IMG/VR virus record: IMGVR_UViG_3300027686_001029
DNA from: a virus
Reading direction: 5' to 3' (one strand)
Length of the DNA stretch: 64,000 nucleotides
In this document: positions 18,101-28,697 of the stretch, one piece after another
Layout: every line of letters begins with the position of its first letter
How positions within the stretch are numbered: the first letter of the stretch is position 1
The notes under the pieces: model-generated
What the model saw: only the letters and a program-made list of their open reading frames with translations
Told to the model about the DNA's origin: nothing
Databases searched by the model: none
Translations under genes and position numbers: made by a program

Positions 18101-21010
18101 TTAATTAAATATTGCGTATATGTTATTACCGTATACAGGTTCGAATGTTTCGTATACACTTAAGGTTGTATCGGTAGAAATTAAGTTACCTGAGCTTGAG
18201 GTAGGTGCTTTATACCACCCCCTAAATGTTCTTGGATATGTGGCTGTTTGAGTTAAAGTAAAGAACTCATAGTCATCATAATTTTGAGCTATATTAATAC
18301 TGGCTGCTTCTGTAACAGCAACTGGGTAACTGGATCCAACTTTTCCTGTTGTTGCAGCTGACCCTGTAGCAAATATACTAAAGTAATCACCTGCATAAGT
18401 AACCTGTAAAGAAATATTACATGAAGCAGGAATTGGATCAGATAAGAATAGAGTAGTAAGGTCCATTAGTACTTGAGGCTGTGCAGCTGATTTATATGGA
18501 TTACTAGCATTCAGTTCTCCAGTCGTAACTATAGTTAGTGAACCTTTAAATTCTCCTGTATACTTAGGAGCTTCATCTGTAACGTTCCTTGGAGCTGATC
18601 CTAGTGGTGTATTTATAGTGCCGGTATAGTTTGTTGTATACGCTGTACTTGCTGAAACTGGAAAAGATCCTGCATCTCCTGCTGAGGCTGTTACAATTGC
18701 TATTGATGCTGTATGTATAGTGTTTTCGGCTGTTGCTTTAGGGGCTTTAGCTTTACTTCTATTCATCAAGTGGGGTTCAATAATAAGGCCTGTTGCTACA
18801 GTTGCCCTAGCTGGAACAAAGTTTTTAATCATCTTAAATAAAGAATTATCAAAAAACTTTAATAGTCTTATAAATGCTTTAGGTGATTTTTCCCAGTATT
18901 GTTCTGAGTTCCATATTGCGTTGTTTTCGTTCCATTTACCAGATGCTTCATCCCAAGTGGCAGTTAAGTTCATTAAGCTACTTGCTAGAGTGTTTAAAGC
19001 ATCATAACTTCCTGACTGCTCTAAGCTAGGGTCTCCTATATACTGGTCAATGTTAAATGAACCGGTAGTTCTACTTCTTAACTTATCGTTGTATTGGTTA
19101 TTTATATTGAATCCTACGTGTATCTCACTTGTATCTTGAGAATACTTTTTACTTGGTTTTTCTATAGATGTATAGTTAGAAACTACACTTTCACTAAGGT
19201 AGCTTCCTGTGGCGTCAGTTCTAATAGAATTTAAAGAGCCTGTTACGTTTACTTCGTATCCAAAATAATCATCAGATCCTATCTTAGCGCCTGCTCCTAA
19301 TTCTATAGAGAGGATACTATCAGGTATACCGAAGCATGCAGTTAGTGCCCTAAGCCCTCTTATAGTTCCTTTTCCTTTTGTTAGTAAGGGTAGATTATGG
19401 TATATTCGTTTATATACCTCTTGTTTATAGCTTTGCTTAGCCATAGGTTGTTGGTAAGCAAGGTTACTTCCAGAGGTTATTACTTTAATATAATTTATAT
19501 CTTCACTTCCAGTCTGATATGTTTCACCTACATAAGAAGAGAATAAATTATCTATATTTTCATTTCCATCGTATAGGTTAATACCAAAAGACTGTACTAC
19601 TTCTCTTACTATATCTTTACTTACACCAAAGTCTATCCTATTATCAGAGTCGTATTTATCTGTAACGGCTTTAGAGTATATCCATAAGTTATCAAAATGA
19701 TGTGCGATCATATGCACAAACATTAAGTAAGATGTATTGTTAGCATCTTCTCTTATAAAGTTAGGAATAGTGTTTATTAAAATATCAAAATTACTAAAGT
19801 CGTAGTTATTAGCAACTGCTATTTGACTATTAAACCAGGTTACAGCTTCTGAAGTACTACTAGCGTAATTAGTATATGGTTTAATACTATTAGATTTAGG
19901 CCAAGAAGAAGATCCACTACTAAAATATAGGTGTCTATCGTAATGATCAAAATTATCTACTATCCCCTCTATTAGTCCGTTATAGTATGCTTTACTTCCA
20001 GATATTCCTGTTCCTATATATGTGCCTGCTGTAGCTGTATCTAAACTAGTTCTATAAGAATTTACTAGGTCTAACTTGTATTTAAAGTTTCTTAACCTTT
20101 CTTCTGCTGAAGAGAAGTGTACAAAATTACTATAGTCCGAGTGGTTTATAGATACGTTTACGCTTTTTTCCTTGAGTAAAGAGTGTAACTCATAATTAGA
20201 ACCTGTTACTGGGTAGCTAAATAAGTCGTTGTAGTCTAAGTATTCTGTTGGACTATCTGAAGTTTCTGATATGGGAATGCTAAAGTTTGGTCCTCTAAGG
20301 TATTCAATAGATTCTTTTTCCTCTATAAAATCAGCTTCTATATTAAAAGCAATTGTGTTAGATACAATCTCTGATATAGTTACTTGGTCCTTACTTACAA
20401 CTGTGTTAGGAAGAGGTTTCATCAGTTTTATAACCACGGAGTAACCTTTAGGTACTTCTTCTGATGTTATATTTATACCTACTGAGGATGTATCATTACT
20501 TAAGTTTACGTAGAACTCAGAAAAGTATGCTTCTTGTTCTAGTTTACTTGTAAATGCTTCTGTATAGGTTTTAGTCTGTTCGTCAGTTAACCCTAATGCA
20601 AACAGTCTAATTTCTGTTCTATCAGGTGATATCTGGTCTATATAGAAGTTTCCTCCTGATCTATTATCCGTGTAGGGGTTATTTAGGAAGCTATATACTA
20701 CGTTAACGTCTCCTGCTTCATATCCATTTGCAATAATATCGTCTATAGGACTTAAAGTAATCTGACTAGCTCCTGATTGGCCTGCTGATACAGCGTTAAG
20801 GAGCTCACTATATCTTTTGTAATTTGAGTTAGAGAGTAAGAGAGTGTTCTGAATTGAGTATATTTCAAGTTTTAATTGATTCTTACTAGACTCAAAAAAC
20901 GTGTTAATAGAATAATCACTAACTATATCAGTTACTTTTTTATCTATTACCAACTCTTCTTTTATCTCTGAAGCTGAGGTGGGGTTCACTATGTAATTAA
21001 CCTCTTGCAT
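18101..21010 (-). CDS. Large baseplate wedge protein
   Basis: 969 aa; KGKGTIRGLRALTACFG resembles the P2 gpI/gp7-type wedge motif; adjacent to gp6-like gene. Confidence 0.6.
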   Translation of the reverse strand: MQEVNYIVNPTSASEIKEELVIDKKVTDIVSDYSINTFFESSKNQLKLEIYSIQNTLLLSNSNYKRYSELLNAVSAGQSGASQITLSPIDDIIANGYEAGDVNVVYSFLNNPYTDNRSGGNFYIDQISPDRTEIRLFALGLTDEQTKTYTEAFTSKLEQEAYFSEFYVNLSNDTSSVGINITSEEVPKGYSVVIKLMKPLPNTVVSKDQVTISEIVSNTIAFNIEADFIEEKESIEYLRGPNFSIPISETSDSPTEYLDYNDLFSYPVTGSNYELHSLLKEKSVNVSINHSDYSNFVHFSSAEERLRNFKYKLDLVNSYRTSLDTATAGTYIGTGISGSKAYYNGLIEGIVDNFDHYDRHLYFSSGSSSWPKSNSIKPYTNYASSTSEAVTWFNSQIAVANNYDFSNFDILINTIPNFIREDANNTSYLMFVHMIAHHFDNLWIYSKAVTDKYDSDNRIDFGVSKDIVREVVQSFGINLYDGNENIDNLFSSYVGETYQTGSEDINYIKVITSGSNLAYQQPMAKQSYKQEVYKRIYHNLPLLTKGKGTIRGLRALTACFGIPDSILSIELGAGAKIGSDDYFGYEVNVTGSLNSIRTDATGSYLSESVVSNYTSIEKPSKKYSQDTSEIHVGFNINNQYNDKLRSRTTGSFNIDQYIGDPSLEQSGSYDALNTLASSLMNLTATWDEASGKWNENNAIWNSEQYWEKSPKAFIRLLKFFDNSLFKMIKNFVPARATVATGLIIEPHLMNRSKAKAPKATAENTIHTASIAIVTASAGDAGSFPVSASTAYTTNYTGTINTPLGSAPRNVTDEAPKYTGEFKGSLTIVTTGELNASNPYKSAAQPQVLMDLTTLFLSDPIPASCNISLQVTYAGDYFSIFATGSAATTGKVGSSYPVAVTEAASINIAQNYDDYEFFTLTQTATYPRTFRGWYKAPTSSSGNLISTDTTLSVYETFEPVYGNNIYAIFN

Positions 21011-21347
21011 CTGCTAATTTTGTATTTAGGTCAAGAATCTCTTGTTGATCCTTTAATATGTTTTCTCTCAAATTAGCTATCTCATCTAATAGAGGCTGTA
21101 TATCTTCTGTTTCTTTATCTATTCCTACTAGTTCATTACTTCTTCTAACTAAGTACTCATGAGATTCTTCAGGTCCATTCACTGTTATATCCATATAGAG
21201 TCTTTCGTATTCGTTGAAAAACTCGTCTACAGTTAATTCTACTACAGCAGGAGCAGGTTGAGCAAAGGTTTTAAAGTCTCTATCGACTACTTTGTCAAAT
21301 TCATCTTTTGTGTATACAGTTTTTTCAATCTTAATATCATTAGCCAT
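20997..21347 (-). CDS. Small baseplate-module protein with coiled coil
   Basis: ORF track; coupled to neighbours. Confidence 0.65.
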   Translation of the reverse strand: MANDIKIEKTVYTKDEFDKVVDRDFKTFAQPAPAVVELTVDEFFNEYERLYMDITVNGPEESHEYLVRRSNELVGIDKETEDIQPLLDEIANLRENILKDQQEILDLNTKLADARG

Positions 21348-22395
21348 TTCTTACAACTTTGAATATGTTTTTATTATCAATTACTAAGTCACTCCCGTTC
21401 AGAGTTGTTTTTATTAACAGCCTATAGTACCTTTCTGGTTGTAGTGTATCCATATATATATCGAAGAAACTTCCGCTACTATCGTAGGATACCTTAGTAT
21501 AGTTGGTATCAAAATCAATAATCATTTCTTCACTATATTCATCTCGTATGCCCCAATATGTAGTAGCTGGTAGTCTGTAGTTTGTCGTGTAGATAGAAGC
21601 TGTTACAAATGTTCTCGGTGGATATTTAGGTCGTGCCGCTAATCTAAATCTACTTTTATCTGAGTCTGTGTATTCTGCTTTAGCGTTCTTTATACTAATG
21701 GTTGCTATGTCTGTTGTAAGTTCAGTTAAAGAGCCAGCTGTTGAAGAGTCGTCCCATTTAAACTGTAAGTAAGGTGGAAATATAGTATTCGTATCAGATC
21801 CAAAGTACTTCAAGTGTATGCTTGCACTAGTGTACCCTTCGTATGCAGATTCCATTCTTAATAACCATCCATTATTAGCTATAGAACTGCTTGCAAATGC
21901 TTTAGTAGCAGATGTTACGTCCATATTAATATCATAAGTAGATGTCTTATCGAAAGCTTGCGAGCTTTGGGATACTGCTAAATAGTCTCCTCCTAGAGTA
22001 GTCCATTGAGTTGTTGCTGCATCCTTATATTTCCAGGTTGCTCCTGTTCTATTTACAGGATTATCTGCTTGTTTACCTACCCCTTCTGTCCAGGAGGAAG
22101 AAACTGGATTAGCGAAGACTGTAAAAGATGTTGGTATTTCTCCAGCTGTTGCTAGAGCTAGATTAATACTTGCAGAATAATTTCCTGATACTTTATCTGT
22201 TAAAGCAGAAGTTATGTCTGACTGTTTAAATTGTATTAGAGTCCTACTAGTTCTTCCTGTGAGTGGAAAACTAGGATCAGGATAGCCACCTATTTCTAAA
22301 ATCTCATCACGACCAGCATTTCCATATAGACCAGCAATAGTTGGTGTGCTAAATAGGAAGGTGTCTTTTTCTGGATATATTCTATATACTGCCAT
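21340..22395 (-). CDS. DNRLRE/CBM96-like virion protein
   Basis: DTFL...GRDEILEIG...SRTLIQF...NNGWLLR pattern. Confidence 0.55.
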   Translation of the reverse strand: MAVYRIYPEKDTFLFSTPTIAGLYGNAGRDEILEIGGYPDPSFPLTGRTSRTLIQFKQSDITSALTDKVSGNYSASINLALATAGEIPTSFTVFANPVSSSWTEGVGKQADNPVNRTGATWKYKDAATTQWTTLGGDYLAVSQSSQAFDKTSTYDINMDVTSATKAFASSSIANNGWLLRMESAYEGYTSASIHLKYFGSDTNTIFPPYLQFKWDDSSTAGSLTELTTDIATISIKNAKAEYTDSDKSRFRLAARPKYPPRTFVTASIYTTNYRLPATTYWGIRDEYSEEMIIDFDTNYTKVSYDSSGSFFDIYMDTLQPERYYRLLIKTTLNGSDLVIDNKNIFKVVRNG

Positions 22396-22398
22396 TGT

Positions 22399-24216
22399 TT
22401 ATAATGTTGTTACACGTCCTTCAATATCGGAATTTGGATATTTTATTTCAAATATACATGGATCATATGAAGGGTATACTATGTTATTTCTAGTAGCTCC
22501 TTTCACATCGTATGCGTATGTTGAATATTTACCGCCTGTTAAATTATCTACTTCTACTGTTTTTACTGTTTGTACTCCTTTTACTTTATCTAATAGTGTA
22601 TATATGCTAGATAAGTTAATAGGTTGGTTAATGTTCCATTTACTTATACTGAAATACTCTTTAAGTTCTTCTGTACAGGAAAGAAGTACGTCTCTAGAAG
22701 AAACATTTGGAAGAGCTACTATCTCAAACTTAACTTTTATATTAACTATGAATGCATCTTTAAGATTGATTGCATCAGTAAGCATTATATATTGAGAAAG
22801 GTATTTTTTAAGGTTAGCTTTTAAAGACGAACTAGTATTAACTAATTTTTTATTAATATCGTACCCTAACGTATACATGCTTAATGCTAAAGAATTAACA
22901 TCAGAATTTTGCTGTTCACTATTTAAAGTAGCTAATCCCTTACTTACATATACTTTAGCAACAGATCCGAATTGAGTAGGCATTGATAATGCTCTTACTG
23001 TGAAGTCGTTTTCTGTTACCATTCTTTGTTGCTCAGCAAATGAACGGAGAGAGTTTTGTCTAAGTTCATCAATTGAATCACCGTCTCCTCCTCCTGTAGC
23101 GGCTTCAACGTTATTAAATGCTAGTGTTGAGGTATAAGAGCTGTCTGTTGCTGATGTAGTTACTGTTCCGAGTGCTGTAATAGAGTTTGCTGGAGCATTT
23201 GATGCTACTCCTCCTCCTACTATATAGGTTATAGTTAATGTAGTATTTGTAGGTGATATACCATATGCACCTGTAAAGAGAAAATTAGAAGGATCATAAG
23301 CATAGTCTAATTTATTAACGTCTTGCTTAGTTCCTGTTATCTGTTCATTTGGGTTTGGAAGGAAAGAATCATTATCTGTCCCAGTTATACCGGACCCAAA
23401 TTGTATTTGTAATACTCCTTTTGATGTAAACCTAGTGACAAACCTTCTTGGTGCTTTAACTAAATTAAGGGTAGAGGGGACTAAGTTACTATCTGTTGCA
23501 CTATTTGTTACCTCTTGAAATACGGTATCTTGTCCTAAAAAAGGAACCTCTTTCCACTCATTGCCATCACTATCTACTATACTTTGTACTTTTACTATAT
23601 TAGTGTCTCCTAATTCTATAGTGGCAAATTTCTCTGCTGTTGTAAAGGTTGAGGTTGTAACTTTTGGTGCTCCTGAAGTAACTAGTACTTTTTTGGATAA
23701 TAAAAATTCAGCAGGTTGTCCTCCATCTAGTGAAAAGATAGTTACGTCTGTTGGATCGTAGGAACTAGAAAAACTAAAGTCAATTGGTTCAGAAGTTGTA
23801 AAAGTAGTTGAACCTGATACAGTTGATGTTACTGTGGCTCCTTCAGTGATTTTTAATGCTTGATTATAGTTAGGGGTGTAGGTTGAACCTTGTGCTGCTA
23901 CTCTCTGCGTAACTGTTAATACTGTGCTAGATACAGCTGAAACTTTAGGCCTATAGCCCATCATGTAGGCTAAAGAATATAGATTAGATGGGTTCTTCGC
24001 GTGTTGTAAGAAGGTTTCCTGAAGTTGTGTATCTTGGTAGAAGGATAGTACATCTCCTAGATATGAGGCCATTTCTATAAACATCATACCAGGTGATGTG
24101 GGTGAGAAGTCGTTATAGGCGTCGGGGAAATAGTTCTTAGCTAATTCTATCAGCCCTTGTCTGAAGTCTCCAAACTCCTTATTTACGTACTTTATGTCTC
24201 TTTCTTGTTGTGCCAT
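22399..24216 (-). CDS. Baseplate wedge subunit (T4 gp6/baseplate J-like)
   Basis: YFPDAYNDF..SPGMMFIEM, LQIQFGSG, GGGDGDSIDELR, RMVTENDF. Confidence 0.9.
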   Translation of the reverse strand: MAQQERDIKYVNKEFGDFRQGLIELAKNYFPDAYNDFSPTSPGMMFIEMASYLGDVLSFYQDTQLQETFLQHAKNPSNLYSLAYMMGYRPKVSAVSSTVLTVTQRVAAQGSTYTPNYNQALKITEGATVTSTVSGSTTFTTSEPIDFSFSSSYDPTDVTIFSLDGGQPAEFLLSKKVLVTSGAPKVTTSTFTTAEKFATIELGDTNIVKVQSIVDSDGNEWKEVPFLGQDTVFQEVTNSATDSNLVPSTLNLVKAPRRFVTRFTSKGVLQIQFGSGITGTDNDSFLPNPNEQITGTKQDVNKLDYAYDPSNFLFTGAYGISPTNTTLTITYIVGGGVASNAPANSITALGTVTTSATDSSYTSTLAFNNVEAATGGGDGDSIDELRQNSLRSFAEQQRMVTENDFTVRALSMPTQFGSVAKVYVSKGLATLNSEQQNSDVNSLALSMYTLGYDINKKLVNTSSSLKANLKKYLSQYIMLTDAINLKDAFIVNIKVKFEIVALPNVSSRDVLLSCTEELKEYFSISKWNINQPINLSSIYTLLDKVKGVQTVKTVEVDNLTGGKYSTYAYDVKGATRNNIVYPSYDPCIFEIKYPNSDIEGRVTTL

Positions 24217-24626
24217 TATTGTTCGAAGTTAATAATTACTTCATCTTCTATGTTAGTATCTTGAACAGTGTACGACATTGCAAACTGAACTGTGTGTGTG
24301 TCTGGGTCTCCTACTGTAGTTAGGTTGATTATATTTACTCTAGGAAATAATACTTCCATATCTCTTTCTACAGTTGATTGAATTTGACTGACCTTTTCTT
24401 GTGTTAGATTATCAAAAAGTAAGTTTTGTAGTCTATTCCCAAAATTAGGATTCATAAAGCGTTCTCCTTTGGCTGTTAAGAAGTAATTGATTATATTGGT
24501 TTTAAGTGCATCTTTAGACGTGTAGGTAGAGTTAAAAACAGCTTTTCCAGAAAACGGAAGGGCTACCCCTACTGCTTTACTAGGTTGTGTGTCTATTACG
24601 CTAAGTCTTGTTACTTCAAATGCCAT
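24216..24626 (-). CDS. Baseplate wedge gp25-like protein
   Basis: LLT.KGER..NP.FG..L..LLFD motif. Confidence 0.9.
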   Translation of the reverse strand: MAFEVTRLSVIDTQPSKAVGVALPFSGKAVFNSTYTSKDALKTNIINYFLTAKGERFMNPNFGNRLQNLLFDNLTQEKVSQIQSTVERDMEVLFPRVNIINLTTVGDPDTHTVQFAMSYTVQDTNIEDEVIINFEQ

Positions 24627-25072
24627 TATCTACGTCCTTTTTCTTTATCTTTTTCTATTGAGGCTTTATATATAGCGCCTGCATTTTTTAAAAATGGAAG
24701 TGTGGATAAATCAAGACCTGGTGCAGGACCTGTATTTTCTGTCATTCCCATTTGAGATGCTCCTCTTGAAGCAAAATTAGGTGCAATTGGACCTGAGGTT
24801 CCTGATATGTTTTTATATTCCTCGTTAGACATGGTGTTAGCAGTCTGATTTAACATTTCTTCTAACGTGGACGACTTACCTGATGTCCATTGTTGTTTTT
24901 TTAATTCTTTTTTCGGTGCTGACCAGCTTGTATTACCTGCTTCTGGGGCTGCAGTCATAGTTGTTGGAGCACTGGCTGCTTTAACAGCCTCGTTCATAAC
25001 TTCTTGTAGCTCTGCCTTTATAGCAGATCTAACCTCTTCTCGTATGATTTTTCTTAATTGATCGAGTTTCAT
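24626..25072 (-). CDS. Hypothetical protein with MKLDQLRKIIREE tag
   Basis: ORF track; late-type motif 3 nt upstream of ATG. Confidence 0.75.
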   Translation of the reverse strand: MKLDQLRKIIREEVRSAIKAELQEVMNEAVKAASAPTTMTAAPEAGNTSWSAPKKELKKQQWTSGKSSTLEEMLNQTANTMSNEEYKNISGTSGPIAPNFASRGASQMGMTENTGPAPGLDLSTLPFLKNAGAIYKASIEKDKEKGRR

Positions 25073-25075
25073 ATA

Positions 25076-25083
25076 TATAAATA
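25076..25083 (-). promoter_or_regulatory. Putative late promoter TATTTATA 3 nt upstream of ATG
   Basis: Same 3-nt spacing at 31111, 52460, 54905 and 62876. Confidence 0.6.
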
Positions 25084-25089
25084 GTTGTA

Positions 25090-26139
25090 TTATGCAAGTT
25101 GATTATCTATTCTGAATTTAATTTCATCTATTAGTACAGTTTCAGAAGAACTGTAGGATTTAGCACCTCTTAGCACTACTATATTATTTAGGTTTTTAGC
25201 TACTGCGAACCTTTGAGGTGCTATAGTAGACCCTTCTACATCTAACTCTACATTTAACTTATATACAGTACCGTCTGGTCCTACATGTGAGTACTGTGTA
25301 TCTGACAGGTTACTCGTCTGTCTATCGGAAGTAGCTTGATATGTATCTATTAAATCTTTTAAACTATTTGAATCGTCGAGAGATGGAAGTAGCTCTATAG
25401 CGCTGCTAAGTACAGTTGCTGCTTCTGATTGAGCACTTAGTTCTTGTTGTTCGTTGTTATTAGGGTAGTACGTACTTCCGTCAGTATTAAATTGAGTAGT
25501 ACCAAGGAATATAGGTATAAGAGATGTGAATATATACTCTCCTTTATCATTTAGTAATCCTGCAGCTATTAACTGTTCTTCTGTTAGTTTGCCGTTTGCT
25601 ACTTCTTCTTTTAGTGCATTTTCTATTTTGCAAGCTATAACTGGTAGTTTAGCTGATTGTACTTTCTTGTTTATGTTATCTATAAAGAGTATAGACGGTG
25701 CTACCATAGTTTCAATAGAGCTTACATTTTCTTTTATAGCTGCAATCATTTCTAATAAAAGTATTAGCTGTTCTGTAAATTTATTAGTGATAGATATGGG
25801 TATACCTACACCAGGGGGCACTGCTTGTGGAATAGGTATGTTACCTATCACATTAATTGCTATTTCTAACCCTGTTAATGGGATGCCTAGTTTAGTAGCC
25901 ATCCTCTTAACCTTGTTGGTTTTTTTTGCAGTACTGTTTATAGTACGTTGCATTTGAGAGATTGTCCTTGAAACTTGATTTAGTTTTTGTAGATGCGGAC
26001 AGCCTTCTCTTCTAAAGTCGTCTATCACTTCAAATAGCTTACTTAAGACTTTTTGTTTAAGTATACCAAGAGTTTTACCTACTTGCGGGGCAAGGGCTGC
26101 TACTAATTCTTGTTTATTTGGAAATTTAATATATGGCAT
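25090..26139 (-). CDS. Hypothetical virion-module protein
   Basis: 349-aa ORF between hub and gp25 genes. Confidence 0.7.
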   Translation of the reverse strand: MPYIKFPNKQELVAALAPQVGKTLGILKQKVLSKLFEVIDDFRREGCPHLQKLNQVSRTISQMQRTINSTAKKTNKVKRMATKLGIPLTGLEIAINVIGNIPIPQAVPPGVGIPISITNKFTEQLILLLEMIAAIKENVSSIETMVAPSILFIDNINKKVQSAKLPVIACKIENALKEEVANGKLTEEQLIAAGLLNDKGEYIFTSLIPIFLGTTQFNTDGSTYYPNNNEQQELSAQSEAATVLSSAIELLPSLDDSNSLKDLIDTYQATSDRQTSNLSDTQYSHVGPDGTVYKLNVELDVEGSTIAPQRFAVAKNLNNIVVLRGAKSYSSSETVLIDEIKFRIDNQLA

Positions 26140-27329
26140 TACTCTGTAAATACTTTTTCAGACATTATTCTCCTAAGTTTATTCTTTAATAAGGGTATTG
26201 AAGGTTTTTGCATATTACCTAATACTACTAGTTTAGCAATTCCTGCTGGAGGAGCTGGTGGTAGAGTAGCAAGATTAGTATATATAGCGTCTAATTCATC
26301 TATTATTTCCTCTAACAAGTCTACTGTTCTCTTACCTAGTAGTACCGGTTCGTCTTCTAACCTTTTAGCTGCTTCACCTAAGTATATTTTATCAGCATCG
26401 AATGCTACATATTGTTCTCCGTCTACTGCTACTATGTTACTATTTAGGCCGATAGTTTCTTTAGCAGATATGAACGCTCCTTCATCTTTAGCGTTAAAAA
26501 ATAATCTTCCTCCGTTTACTATAACCTGCGAACCTTTATATTCTTCAGGAGTTATAGGAGGATCTATATATGCTTCTCTTTTATCATTAGCAGGTTCTAT
26601 TTCTACCTGATGGTCCGAGGTTAGGTATATTGAAGAAGGATCTTTATTAATATCTTCTTTTACCGGGTTAATTGAGTCTTCAGGCTCTGCCTGTCCATTA
26701 CTTATTAGAATTGTAGGTTTACCGTTATTATCTTCTACTACAATTGTATTAGACTCTGCTTTAGTTCCGTTAAGTCTAATAGATTGCCCAAACCTTCCCT
26801 CTATTATAGTATCACCGGGAAAAGCTCCAAGGGGTGCTATTGTTTTTTCTGGGTCAAAGTCCTCTCCGTATATGTATCCAGTAATGTCTTCGTTAGGCAT
26901 TACATTAGCATTAGGATGGTTCCAGCCTGCAACAATACCTGTCCAGTATGTTAAAAGTCCTTCTTTGGATCTATTAATGTTGGTCTTATCGTTTGGGGTA
27001 TTTTTTGTAAGTGTGTATACTGATGGGCGTCTTTCTATTACGACTATCTCTCCAGGTATTGGTATCCTTTTAAGAAAAGAGGCATCGCAGTAGGCAAAAC
27101 TGTTAGCTGTTTCATTATCACCATCGCCGTCTGTATAAGGAGTATAAAATACCCCATTTAGACCTTGTGATTTATTATAGTTTTCGTATTCCGGATGGGT
27201 TTCGTTTAGCAGTATATCTAAAACTATCCCAAAGGACATTCCGCCGGAGGATGAAGATTGGCCGGTTGAACCATTACTCATAAGGCTTCCACCTGAAAAG
27301 GTATTTAGACTATACGGATTGTTCGCCAT
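26139..27329 (-). CDS. Baseplate hub/spike protein (gp5/VgrG-like, no lysozyme domain)
   Basis: IPIPGEIVVI OB-fold motif, GDTIIEGRFGQSIRL, SIYLTSD beta-helix region. Confidence 0.75.
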   Translation of the reverse strand: MANNPYSLNTFSGGSLMSNGSTGQSSSSGGMSFGIVLDILLNETHPEYENYNKSQGLNGVFYTPYTDGDGDNETANSFAYCDASFLKRIPIPGEIVVIERRPSVYTLTKNTPNDKTNINRSKEGLLTYWTGIVAGWNHPNANVMPNEDITGYIYGEDFDPEKTIAPLGAFPGDTIIEGRFGQSIRLNGTKAESNTIVVEDNNGKPTILISNGQAEPEDSINPVKEDINKDPSSIYLTSDHQVEIEPANDKREAYIDPPITPEEYKGSQVIVNGGRLFFNAKDEGAFISAKETIGLNSNIVAVDGEQYVAFDADKIYLGEAAKRLEDEPVLLGKRTVDLLEEIIDELDAIYTNLATLPPAPPAGIAKLVVLGNMQKPSIPLLKNKLRRIMSEKVFTE

Positions 27330-27687
27330 CTTTACTTTCTTCTATTTTTACTTGTGTTTCACTGTCTAGTGCTTCTTGCTCCTCTAATAAGTCCTGTAGT
27401 TCTGAGAGGTCAAACATCTCATCTCCTGATCCATTTGCATTTGCTGTTTCAATCCTCTGTACTATAGTAGCCAGTTTAATTAAAGCGTCATCGTTTTTTA
27501 CTTGAATTTCCATGTACTCTTTAATCATGGGTACAATTAAAGTAGCATCCCCTATATTCTCTATAAGAGGTTTTAATTCGTTTATTAGACTTTTTACCTG
27601 GTTCCTAGTAGTAGAAGAATTATCATGTATCTCCCCGAATAGGTCTGAAAGAGTTTTGCCGTTGAATATTTCTTTATCTAAACTCAT
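27310..27687 (-). CDS. Conserved helical phage protein
   Basis: ORF track. Confidence 0.7.
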   Translation of the reverse strand: MSLDKEIFNGKTLSDLFGEIHDNSSTTRNQVKSLINELKPLIENIGDATLIVPMIKEYMEIQVKNDDALIKLATIVQRIETANANGSGDEMFDLSELQDLLEEQEALDSETQVKIEESKDGEQSV

Positions 27688-27711
27688 GGTGTTTTATTTA
27701 TAATAAATAGA

Positions 27712-28413
27712 CTAGTAAGTTTTATCTGTAAGATATCCTTGGTCGTATAGTTTTTGGTACTTCCTTTTAAAGTCCTCTTTTAACACGTTAATTACCTTTG
27801 TAAGGTAGGGGGTGTCACAGTTAGTCATCTCTCTTATATAGATGTAAAGAGCTTTCTTTTTAAAAATATCTAAGTCTTGACGAGTTTTAAATAGAGTAAG
27901 AACAGCATCAGCAATCTGTAAATCTGATTCTTTTTCGAACATATTGTCAAGTACTTCATATACTTCCTTAACCCACATGTCTATAAATTGAGAGAGATTA
28001 ATATGACCTTCCTCTATACCTCTATCTTCAATAGATGAATCGTACATTTCATCAAAAGATCCAATCTGCTTTAGCTTTTTATAGTTCTTATTATTATAGT
28101 TTATTAACCACCTTTTTACTATTGTTCCGAAATACGAATATGCTTTTGCTCCATTATCGGGATCAAATTTCATAATCTTCTCTTCTAATAAAACAGAAAC
28201 AATCTCGTGTTTGAGATCTTCAATTTTATTTACATCCGTATAGTAGAACTTAAAAGTATGTATAATGTTCTCTGCAAGCTTGTAAAATGGTAAGTATATG
28301 TGATCTGTAAAGATCTTCTGTCGTTCAGCTACATCTGATGATCTGTTGTATACTTTTATGTAGGACTCTGTTTCTTGAGTAAAGTAATTAGCTTTCGCTT
28401 TCTTTCGTGCCAT
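27712..28413 (-). CDS. T4 gp55-like late sigma factor
   Basis: KFDPDNGAKAYSYFGTIVKRWL matches the gp55 region 2 pattern (FDPxxxxxxFxYFTxI). Confidence 0.7.
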   Translation of the reverse strand: MARKKAKANYFTQETESYIKVYNRSSDVAERQKIFTDHIYLPFYKLAENIIHTFKFYYTDVNKIEDLKHEIVSVLLEEKIMKFDPDNGAKAYSYFGTIVKRWLINYNNKNYKKLKQIGSFDEMYDSSIEDRGIEEGHINLSQFIDMWVKEVYEVLDNMFEKESDLQIADAVLTLFKTRQDLDIFKKKALYIYIREMTNCDTPYLTKVINVLKEDFKRKYQKLYDQGYLTDKTY

Positions 28414-28696
28414 AGTTTTCTGGGAGCATGTATCTATTCAATTCCTCTTGTACTGCTTGCATTTGTTTGAAAAATGTTCCTACTTCATCGTCGCTTTGAA
28501 ATACCCCCTTTTCATCGAGATTTTGAAGATGTAGTTTTCCTTGAGTTATTGAATTAGATATATTCTGTAAATAATTTACTTGATCTTCTATTATATCTTC
28601 ATGTTTTTCTACTGCATTAAGTAGGTTATAAATAATATAAGAACTAAAAATCAAGCCGGCAACTAATATGGCAATTATTATTTGGTAAGTTAACAT
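28388..28696 (-). CDS. Membrane-anchored coiled-coil protein
   Basis: N-terminal TM helix. Confidence 0.7.
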   Translation of the reverse strand: MLTYQIIIAILVAGLIFSSYIIYNLLNAVEKHEDIIEDQVNYLQNISNSITQGKLHLQNLDEKGVFQSDDEVGTFFKQMQAVQEELNRYMLPENYGTKESES

Positions 28697-28697
28697 T

